A stretch of 64,000 bases of DNA from an uncultured Acidobacteriota bacterium (GTDB taxonomy: Bacteria; Acidobacteriota; Thermoanaerobaculia; Gp7-AA8): assembly GCA_963741955.1 (NCBI GenBank), contig CAVUKB010000010.1, positions 160,001 through 224,000 on the forward strand, read 5' to 3'. Position 1 is the first letter of the stretch. Each line of letters begins with the position of its first letter. Shown one piece after another: positions 56,795 through 64,000 of the stretch. A program made the position numbers and the translations under genes. The notes beneath the pieces were generated by a model. The model was not told the origin of the DNA and did no database searches. It worked only from the letters and a program-made list of their open reading frames with translations.

Positions 56795-57445
56795 ATGAGA
56801 CATCAGATGGCATACAGAAAGCTCGGCCGGACCTCGAGCCACCGCTCGGCATTGTTCCGGAACCAGCTTGCCGCCATGATCGAGCACGAACGCATCATCA
56901 CCACCCTCCCCAAGGCGAAGGAGCTTCGTCCGCTCGTCGAGAAGCTCGTCACTCTCGGCAAGCGCGGGGAAGTTCACGACCGCCGTAATGCCGCGCGGTC
57001 GGTTCAGGACGATTCGCTCATCAAGAAGTTGTTCGATGTGATCGCTCCCCGCTTCTCGAGCCGGGAAGGGGGATACACCCGGATCATCAAGCTCGGACCG
57101 CGCCGAGGCGACGCCGCCGAAATGGCCATCCTCGAGTTCGTCGACTACGAGGGAACCGAAGGAGCCGAAACCGAGAGGCCCCAGAAGGGTGCCTCCAGGT
57201 CGAAAAAGGCTTCAACCAAAAAGCAGCAGGAGAAGCCGGCCACCGAAGAGGGTGAAGCAGTTGCGGAGGAGAAGCCGAAGAAGTCCGCTCCCCGAAAGAA
57301 GACGGCCGCGAAGAAGTCTTCCTCCAAGGGAGGCGCAAGATCTTCTTCCAAGGGAGGCGCAAAGTCTTCCGGCAGCAAGGCCACGGCAAAAACCCGCAGT
57401 TCGGCCGCCAAGCCGAAGACTCAGCGGACGAAGAAGGGCCAATAG
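56795..57445 (+). CDS. rplQ: 50S ribosomal protein L17 with long C-terminal extension
   Basis: [22 protein letters not shown]; about 100 extra residues. Confidence 0.98.
   Translation: MRHQMAYRKLGRTSSHRSALFRNQLAAMIEHERIITTLPKAKELRPLVEKLVTLGKRGEVHDRRNAARSVQDDSLIKKLFDVIAPRFSSREGGYTRIIKLGPRRGDAAEMAILEFVDYEGTEGAETERPQKGASRSKKASTKKQQEKPATEEGEAVAEEKPKKSAPRKKTAAKKSSSKGGARSSSKGGAKSSGSKATAKTRSSAAKPKTQRTKKGQ
57317..57370 (+). repeat. 24-bp in-frame duplication in the L17 tail
   Basis: TCTTCCTCCAAGGGAGGCGCAAGA / TCTTCTTCCAAGGGAGGCGCAAAG / TCTTCC (SSSKGGA twice). Confidence 0.85.
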
Positions 57446-57474
57446 CATCTCGAATCGAAGCTCTCGCTGGAACG

Positions 57475-57505
57475 AAAGCCCGCCGGAAGGCGGGCTTTTC
57501 CTTTT
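57475..57505 (+). terminator. Intrinsic terminator after rplQ
   Basis: AAAGCCCGCC-ggaa-GGCGGGCTTT then TCCTTTT. Confidence 0.9.
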
Positions 57506-57654
57506 CAGCCTATCCAAAGTTAGGGGCGATTTCTCTCCGGACGGTACTACCTCGCGACGTATTTTCGATGCTATTTTCTACGCATCCATGTGATCGCATC
57601 AGAGCTCCGGGGCCGGCAGCCCCGGGGGCTCGTTGTGTCAGGCAGGACGAGCAT

Positions 57655-58161
57655 ATGAATCAGACGTCGAGAGTCGAACGCGGATTTACCTTGATCGAGT
57701 TGCTGATCGTCGTTGCGATCATCGGGATCCTCGCGGCGATCGCGATTCCGAACCTCATCAACGCCATGCAACGGGGAAAACAGAAGCGAACCATGGCCGA
57801 TATGCGGAGCATCGCCGTGGCGTGGGAGATGAGAGCCACCGACGCACAGACCTACAATGCGGCCGCGGCTGCGAGTTTCCCCTCGTCCGATGTAGGCGAG
57901 ACGAACCTGATCCAGGCCCTTCAACCGACCTACATCAGAGCATTCCCGGCAGAGGACGGCTGGGGCAATCCGTACAATTTCCGCGCGGACCAGGCGTGGG
58001 GCGCCACTGCTACCGCGCACGAGTACGCGATCGTATCTGCCGGGCGGAATGGTTCACTCGAAGAGATGCCGCTGGCTCCGACGCCGACTACCAGTTTCGA
58101 CTGCGACATCGTCTACTCGAACAGCTCGTTCTTGCAGTGGCCGGACGGCGTGCAGCAGTAG
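57655..58161 (+). CDS. Prepilin-type (type IV pilin / GspG-like pseudopilin) protein
   Basis: RG|FTLIELLIVVAIIGILAAIAIP cleavage/methylation motif, DGWGNPY, SAGRNG. Confidence 0.9.
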   Translation: MNQTSRVERGFTLIELLIVVAIIGILAAIAIPNLINAMQRGKQKRTMADMRSIAVAWEMRATDAQTYNAAAAASFPSSDVGETNLIQALQPTYIRAFPAEDGWGNPYNFRADQAWGATATAHEYAIVSAGRNGSLEEMPLAPTPTTSFDCDIVYSNSSFLQWPDGVQQ

Positions 58162-58716
58162 CTACTTCACCAGCTTCGAGATCGCTCTGAATTCGTCCGT
58201 CCCGGAAGTGACGGTCATTTCGAAAAGGGCCATTTCCGTCGAGGTGAGTTTCGCTCCTTCGTCCGTCATTCGAGCGATCGCGATTTCGCGGTTACCCGCG
58301 GTGCGTGAGGAGACTGCGTCGGCGACGAGGTGAACCTCGAATCCACGCGCGAGCAGATCCAGAGCGGTCTGGTACACGCAGACGTGTGTCTCGATTCCGC
58401 ACAGGAGAATCTGCCGCCGGTTCAGCGACTCGAGCTTCGTTTCGAATGGTTCGAGACCGCACGACGAAAAACACAGCTTTTCCATCGGTTCGTATCCGTG
58501 CGTTTCGGTGAACGCGGTGCGGATGATCTCGGTCGTCGGTCCCAGTCCCTTCACGTACTGCTCCGTCAATAGAGCGGGAATGCCGAGTACGGCGGCGCCC
58601 CGAATCAGACGCTCGATGTTCCGTTGTACGTCGATGATCCGGTCAATCACCCGCGCGAGCTTTTCCTGGACGTCGATGACCACCAGGACTGCGTTCTCTT
58701 TCGAGAGCTTCTGCAT
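58162..58716 (-). CDS. Isochorismatase-family (YcaC-like) cysteine hydrolase
   Basis: VIDVQEKL, TEQY, EKLCFS, GIETHVCVYQT, DAVSSR. Confidence 0.92.
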   Translation of the reverse strand: MQKLSKENAVLVVIDVQEKLARVIDRIIDVQRNIERLIRGAAVLGIPALLTEQYVKGLGPTTEIIRTAFTETHGYEPMEKLCFSSCGLEPFETKLESLNRRQILLCGIETHVCVYQTALDLLARGFEVHLVADAVSSRTAGNREIAIARMTDEGAKLTSTEMALFEMTVTSGTDEFRAISKLVK

Positions 58717-58748
58717 CTTTTCCACCTGCCTGTCGTCCGCTCCGACAG

Positions 58749-61304
58749 TCACTGACTGCTGCCGGCAATGCGGAGCAGATCGTCTTCGAGCCTTCCTTCG
58801 GGCTCTTCCACGATGCGTCCGATCTCGCGATCGCCGCGATAATAAATGAACGTTGCCACCTTCTGGACGTCTTTCCCTTCGAGGAGAGCCGATGGTTGAT
58901 CCTTCGCGCGATTGACCGCGACATACGACGCGGAAAGAGTCACTCCCGAATTCCGCTGCAACTCCTCGACGATGCGCAGGAAGTGGGGCACTTCTCTCTG
59001 ACTGTCGGTGCACCAGGTTCCGAGAATCACCTCCACCCGGTCGCCCTCCTGGATGCTCGAAGCGAGCATCTGAAGGACCGCGGGATCGGGGATGTAGGCG
59101 TCCTTTCGTTCGATGTACTCGGGAATGACCTGCAGGAGGTGCTCCGCGGTGGTGCTTCCGACCTCGGTCGGGAGAGGAATCGTCTGCACGCTCCCGACGT
59201 CGGAGGTCGACGGCATCGTTCCCGCGTCGATCTCGATCCGTTTCACGACGTCTCCGCGTTCGAGCTGGTCGACCACGCCGCTCATTCCGCCGACCACCCG
59301 CGCGAAGATCGTGTAGCCGCCGTCGAGATGAGGCTGTGGCGAATGAGTGATGAAGAACTGCGAGCCACCGGTATCCGGTCCCGACAGGGCCATCCCGACC
59401 GCGCCGCGGGTGTACTTCTGCATGTTGATCTCGTCCCGGATGGCATATCCAGGTCCGCCGTTCTGATCGTTTCTCGGATCTCCCCCCTGGATCACGAAGT
59501 TCGGAACGACCCGCATGAATGTCGTCCCGTCGAAGTAGCCACTCTTTGCGAGCGAAGCGAAATTCCATGCGGTCATCGGCGCATCCTGCGGGAGGAGCAG
59601 GAGATCGATCGTGCCGCGGGGGAGCGACAGTCGCGCGGTATGAGGTTTTCTCGACCATTCAACGATCTGAAGATAATCCGAGAACGGACGGTCGATCGGG
59701 AGAGGTGTGAACTGAGGCCGCGGCTCGTGGAGTTTCTCCACCATCAATTCCGCGGTCACCTGCCGTACCACCGGGTCGCGGTCGGTGATCAGGCGCCCGA
59801 GCATATTCTTCCGCCGTGGATCTTCGATTCCCGCGAGACCGCGAATCGCTGCGAGACGCGCGTCGTCCAGAGTGTCGGTGCGTCCTCTCTCTTCGGCCGC
59901 AGTGAAGAGGTCGAACATTTCGTCCGCAGGGACCGAGTGGGACGACGAGAGTCGGTCGAGTGCGGTGGCGCGGACGATTGGATCGGGGTCGTCGATCTCT
60001 TTCCGGACGGTCGCGATCTCCGCGTCCAGGCGCGAGGCCGGAATCGTGGAGATCACTGCGGTCCGGACTGCGGCGTCCGGGTCGGAGGCGAATCGCGCGC
60101 GAAGCCCGGTCCCTTTCTCGGAGTCGGCCGACCCCTCGAGCGCACGGATGCGGATCCAGCGCGAGTCCGTCTGCAGGAGCGCGTCGAGAGGAGAGTCAGC
60201 GTCGTCTGCGAGAAACTTCGCGACGGCGGCAGTGGCGACTTCCCGCTCCCACGACGACCCGGATGTTGCCAGCGCAATCAGGCGTTCGCGAGCGGGAGGG
60301 TAAACCGCCGCAAACCTGCCGAGCAGCGGAATCGCTTCGATTCGCGTTCCGGCGTCCGGGTCGCGCGACGTGGAGAGAATCCGGGCCAGAAATTCGGCAT
60401 TGGCCGGGCGGTGCACGAGAGAGGGAGTCTTGTCGATGATGGCACCGAGGGCGCGTGCGGCATTGGTGCGCACCCAGGGATGGGGATCGCCCAGGAGCCT
60501 CGAGACCGCGTCGATGGACGTGGGATCTGCGATCAGCCCGAGGGCGCGTGCGACATAGGCTCGGGTGAGCGTATCTCCGTCGGTGGTGAGGAGCTCGAGA
60601 CGCTGACGAGCGGGTGGAAATGCTCGCCTCGAAAGCGTGTAAGCGGCTTCACGCCGGATCACCGCAGCGGGATCGGCGAGAGCGTCGCTCGCCAGGAGAG
60701 AAGCGTCGTCCGATCCGAAGCGGAAAAGATAGGTGTACGCGCGCGCTCGGACTCCTTCCGGATGTGGGGAAGAAAGAAAGGGTCGGTATGAATCGAGCGG
60801 CACGTCGTGAGCCATCTTCGAGAGTGCCTCGACGGCCTCCGAGGCGACGTCCGGCTGCTGCGCGTCGCTCCCCGCTCCCAGAAGGGTCGGGATGGCGGAG
60901 GAATCGCCGATCTCCCCGAGGGCGAAAGCTGCCGTTCGCCGGACCGAGGTATCGGGATCGGTGGCCAGGCGCTCGACAATTGCCACTCCGGCGCGCTTCT
61001 CACCGGGGTCGAGGACTCCGTTTCCGTTCGCATCGACGAACGTCGAAGGGCCGATCCGTCCCAGCGCCAGTGCGACTCTCGCCCGGACTCGAGGGTTTGC
61101 ATCGGTCGAGAGAGTCTCGAAAAGATCCTGATCGAACTCTCGCCGGTCTTCGAGACGGAGAATCCGGGCTTCCTGATGCTCCGTGAGGCCTGGTGAGGCT
61201 GTCGGCGCCGGCGTTTGGATCCATGTCGCAGGAGATGGAGCGGACGTGCAGGCGAAGGAGAACAGCAGGAGCGAGGCTGAGCAGAGGGCCAGGTTACGAG
61301 TCAT
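58749..61304 (-). CDS. Lipoprotein: HEAT repeats + cyclophilin PPIase + C-terminal thioredoxin-like domain
   Basis: SFAC lipobox-like site; repeated VRxxAAxALG units; FMRVVPNFVIQGGD and GSQFFIT; GTWCTDS and VATFIYY. Confidence 0.88.
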   Translation of the reverse strand: MTRNLALCSASLLLFSFACTSAPSPATWIQTPAPTASPGLTEHQEARILRLEDRREFDQDLFETLSTDANPRVRARVALALGRIGPSTFVDANGNGVLDPGEKRAGVAIVERLATDPDTSVRRTAAFALGEIGDSSAIPTLLGAGSDAQQPDVASEAVEALSKMAHDVPLDSYRPFLSSPHPEGVRARAYTYLFRFGSDDASLLASDALADPAAVIRREAAYTLSRRAFPPARQRLELLTTDGDTLTRAYVARALGLIADPTSIDAVSRLLGDPHPWVRTNAARALGAIIDKTPSLVHRPANAEFLARILSTSRDPDAGTRIEAIPLLGRFAAVYPPARERLIALATSGSSWEREVATAAVAKFLADDADSPLDALLQTDSRWIRIRALEGSADSEKGTGLRARFASDPDAAVRTAVISTIPASRLDAEIATVRKEIDDPDPIVRATALDRLSSSHSVPADEMFDLFTAAEERGRTDTLDDARLAAIRGLAGIEDPRRKNMLGRLITDRDPVVRQVTAELMVEKLHEPRPQFTPLPIDRPFSDYLQIVEWSRKPHTARLSLPRGTIDLLLLPQDAPMTAWNFASLAKSGYFDGTTFMRVVPNFVIQGGDPRNDQNGGPGYAIRDEINMQKYTRGAVGMALSGPDTGGSQFFITHSPQPHLDGGYTIFARVVGGMSGVVDQLERGDVVKRIEIDAGTMPSTSDVGSVQTIPLPTEVGSTTAEHLLQVIPEYIERKDAYIPDPAVLQMLASSIQEGDRVEVILGTWCTDSQREVPHFLRIVEELQRNSGVTLSASYVAVNRAKDQPSALLEGKDVQKVATFIYYRGDREIGRIVEEPEGRLEDDLLRIAGSSQ

Positions 61305-61399
61305 TCCATCCTCTCGGAGCACGAAACGGACGCCCGCCTGCGCTCCCGGCATCTTATCGAATCTCAACCTGAGTGCGGGAACGGTCATTCCGATTTCAG

Positions 61400-61945
61400 T
61401 CAGTCCACTCCCGAGACACCGCCGGAGACGACGAACGCCATCACTCTCGAGCTCTCCGCGTCGATTGGAGAGATCCTCTCGGTCGGAACCACCAGCAGAT
61501 TACCAGCGAAGTTGTATGACTGCGGAAGGTACACTGCGACGTGACCCTCGATCCGGAGGAACTCGAGGTCCTGACGGGTGACGAACCCGACCACTTTCGC
61601 GTCGACCACGTCCGAGAGCTGCACCAGGACAGGACGATCGAACCGCTTCTGGTCTCCGACGAACGCTTCGATCAGGTCGCGCACCGACGAATAGACGATC
61701 TTCACGATCGGCGCTCGTTTGAACAACCGGTCGGGGAGCGCCAGAAGCCTGCGGCCGATGAAATTCGAAGCCGCAGCGCCGACAGCCAGGACCACTGCAA
61801 TGGTGACCAGGAAACCCACACCCGGGAAAGGAAACGGGATGAGACGGTCGACGGTGACGAACGCTAGGTAGAAAACGTAGCCCGTGATCACGATCGGTAC
61901 GACGATCACCACTCCACGGAAAAAGTACTTCGCGATCAGATTCAT
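61400..61945 (-). CDS. DUF502-family membrane protein
   Basis: RGVVIVVPIVIT, PIVKIVYS, GFVT, VYLP, VSGG. Confidence 0.85.
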   Translation of the reverse strand: MNLIAKYFFRGVVIVVPIVITGYVFYLAFVTVDRLIPFPFPGVGFLVTIAVVLAVGAAASNFIGRRLLALPDRLFKRAPIVKIVYSSVRDLIEAFVGDQKRFDRPVLVQLSDVVDAKVVGFVTRQDLEFLRIEGHVAVYLPQSYNFAGNLLVVPTERISPIDAESSRVMAFVVSGGVSGVD

Positions 61946-62230
61946 CGATTCACTCCTGGTGTCATGGTGTCGCGCGGCGCCGCACCACGCGACACGTCAC
62001 GGCTCGACTTCCGGAACCAGTCCGGAGGCCCTCGCGCCCCCTCTGACGAACATTCTTGGGCGACATCATCGACGACTCGGGGCGGCCCGCGCAAATCCGA
62101 GAGCGAGCCGAAAGGTGTGTGGCCGGGAAAGAGAATCTGGTCCGGCCGGACGAGTTGTCACGGTTGAGGAAACCTGCTAGAAAGCAGCGACCGAACCGGC
62201 GGACAGCCGGCAGCGAACAGGAAAGAAAGT

Positions 62231-63259
62231 ATGCGTTATCTCGTCACGGGCGGTGCAGGTTTCATCGGGTCGAACTTCATCCGGTATCTCTTCGGTCGCT
62301 ACGGCGACGAGGCGACTGTAGTCAACCTCGACAAGCTGACTTATGCCGGGATACGGGAGAACCTCGCCGAATTCGAAGGCCGTCCGAACTACCGTTTCAT
62401 GCAGGGCGACATTGCGAACCCGGAGGACGTTGCTCGTGCGTACGAGGGAATCGACGGGGCCGGCATCGAAGTCGTGGTGAACTTCGCGGCGGAAACGCAC
62501 GTCGACCGCTCCCTGATGGAAGCGGGGACGTTCATTCAGACGGACGTCCACGGGGTCCTGGTCCTGCTGGAAGAGGCACGAAAGCACGCTCCTTCTCTCC
62601 GTCGTTTCGTCCAGATCTCCACGGATGAAGTCTACGGATCGATCGAAGAAGGTTCATTTCGCGAGACCGATCCCCTGAACCCGCGCAATCCGTATGCGGC
62701 GTCCAAAGCCGGTGGTGACCGGATGGCATATGCGTACGGGCAGACGTATGAGCTGCCGGTGGTCGTCACACGTGCGTCGAACAATTTCGGCGCTTACCAG
62801 TATCCGGAGAAGCTGATTCCTCTCTTCGTCACCAACGCAATCGACGACCAGCCGTTGCCCCTGTATGGCGACGGAAGGAACATCCGTGACTGGCTGTTCG
62901 TCGATGACCACTGTGCGGCGGTCGACTTCCTGATCGAGCATGGTGCGAACGGCGAGGTGTACAACATAGGCGGCGGCAATGAACGCGAGAATCGCGAGAT
63001 CACCCACCGCATTCTCCAGATTACGGGCAAGCCCGAATCGCTGATCCGGAAGGTCGCAGACCGGCAGGGGCATGACCGTCGTTACTCGCTCGACAGCAGC
63101 AAACTCGCTGCGCTCGGTTTCCGCTGCGACACGCCGTTCGATCAGGCTCTGGAGAGCACCGTTCGCTGGTACGTCGAGAACGAAGCGTGGTGGCGGGCGA
63201 TCAAGGAGAAGAGTGCAGAGTACAAAGCGTATTACGAGAAACAGTACGGGCGGAAGTGA
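62231..63259 (+). CDS. rfbB: dTDP-glucose 4,6-dehydratase
   Basis: TGGAGFIGS, DKLTYAG, AAETHVDRS, STDEVYG, YAASK, HDRRY. Confidence 0.96.
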   Translation: MRYLVTGGAGFIGSNFIRYLFGRYGDEATVVNLDKLTYAGIRENLAEFEGRPNYRFMQGDIANPEDVARAYEGIDGAGIEVVVNFAAETHVDRSLMEAGTFIQTDVHGVLVLLEEARKHAPSLRRFVQISTDEVYGSIEEGSFRETDPLNPRNPYAASKAGGDRMAYAYGQTYELPVVVTRASNNFGAYQYPEKLIPLFVTNAIDDQPLPLYGDGRNIRDWLFVDDHCAAVDFLIEHGANGEVYNIGGGNERENREITHRILQITGKPESLIRKVADRQGHDRRYSLDSSKLAALGFRCDTPFDQALESTVRWYVENEAWWRAIKEKSAEYKAYYEKQYGRK

Positions 63260-63304
63260 AGAGAGATACGAGTTCCAGAGCCCCGCATCTGCCCGTCGCC
63301 GTCG

Positions 63305-64000
63305 TCAGAGCTGAGGCTTCAGGAGTCCGGCCATCAGCTCCTTGGTCCGCGCCCAGACCGAACGGCGTCCCCATTTAGTCAGTGTGATCTCCATCGAGTT
63401 GGCGAGATCGCGTTCGAAACCCTCTTCCATCCGTGCAGCGATTCGCTCGTCGTACACGTTGACGTTGACTTCGTCGTTCAGACGGAAGCTGCGGACGTCG
63501 AAGTTCGAAGATCCGATGGTCGACCAGATTCCGTCCACCACCATCGTCTTCGCGTGAATCATCGTGTTCTGGTATTCGTAGAGGTGGAGTCCGCGACGGA
63601 GGAGAATGTCGTAGTGCATCCGGCTCGCCTGGCGTGCGATCGGTACGTCCGTCCAGCGGCCGGGAACGATCACCTTGACGTCGACACCGCGCCTGACCGC
63701 GTCCTCGAGCGCCCGGATCATGTCGCGATCGGGGATGAAGTAGGCGCTGGTGATGCGGATGGTTCGGGTCGCACTGACGATCAGCAGCATGTAGAGAAGT
63801 TTCGCTGCGGAAACCCCTTCCGATGGCGACGACTTGGTGATCTGCACGAGATAGGGACCGCAGGGTTCGACCCGCGGAAAGTACGCCGGACCCGGAAGTA
63901 CTTCGCCCCGGCTCTTGAGCCAGTTGTCCATGAAGGCGTACTGCATCTGGGTCACGGCGGGCCCTTCGACGCGGACCACGGTTTCCCTCCAGTGATCGGG
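63305..64000 (-). CDS. cls: Cardiolipin synthase / phospholipase D family, C-terminal half (5' end outside window)
   Basis: HAKTMVVDG HKD motif, GSSNFD, YFIP, RGVDV. Confidence 0.88.
   Translation of the reverse strand, partial: PDHWRETVVRVEGPAVTQMQYAFMDNWLKSRGEVLPGPAYFPRVEPCGPYLVQITKSSPSEGVSAAKLLYMLLIVSATRTIRITSAYFIPDRDMIRALEDAVRRGVDVKVIVPGRWTDVPIARQASRMHYDILLRRGLHLYEYQNTMIHAKTMVVDGIWSTIGSSNFDVRSFRLNDEVNVNVYDERIAARMEEGFERDLANSMEITLTKWGRRSVWARTKELMAGLLKPQL

Noticed and set aside
58162-59658. Apparent 498-aa isochorismatase fusion or frameshift product
   Set aside because: The upstream part is an Arg/Pro-rich off-frame reading of the cyclophilin gene; the real start is 58716 and I saw no slippery site.
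62085-62215. Possible c-di-GMP-I riboswitch upstream of rfbB (GCAAA, GAAA tetraloop, GACAGCC)
   Set aside because: Order and pairing of the fragments do not fit the aptamer; an Infernal scan would settle it.

Overview
GC-rich bacterial chromosome segment, probably Acidobacteriota (inferred from the Cys-rich insert near the RpoB N-terminus and the MLWxxFQKPK start of RpoA; not verified by search). About 51 kb (6190-57445) is a + strand transcription/translation supercluster: rplM-rpsI-rpsB-tsf-pyrH-frr-ispD-ispF-gltX-pyrD-rlmB, an LtaS-like transferase, tRNAs Thr/Tyr/Gly/Thr, rpmG, tRNA-Trp, secE-nusG-rplKAJL-rpoBC, then the str, S10, spc and alpha operons. A five-gene lipid-carrier glycosylation module splits rpoC from rpsL (PpgS/GacI-like GT2, DUF2304 activator, three GT-C proteins); this is the best candidate for an uncharacterised system here. 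The left flank has an ECF sigma factor with an acidic tail, a zinc anti-sigma, an ITPA-type pyrophosphatase, a 60-aa orphan ORF, a 185-bp CTAG-bounded MITE-like hairpin element, an alpha/beta hydrolase, two Thr/Ser-rich lipoproteins and menG/ubiE-folD-coaE. The right flank has a pilin/pseudopilin, a DUF502 / HEAT-cyclophilin-thioredoxin lipoprotein / isochorismatase-family unit, an orphan rfbB and a truncated cardiolipin synthase. I saw no CRISPR array, rRNA, integrase or transposase. All family assignments come from motif recognition, not database searches.
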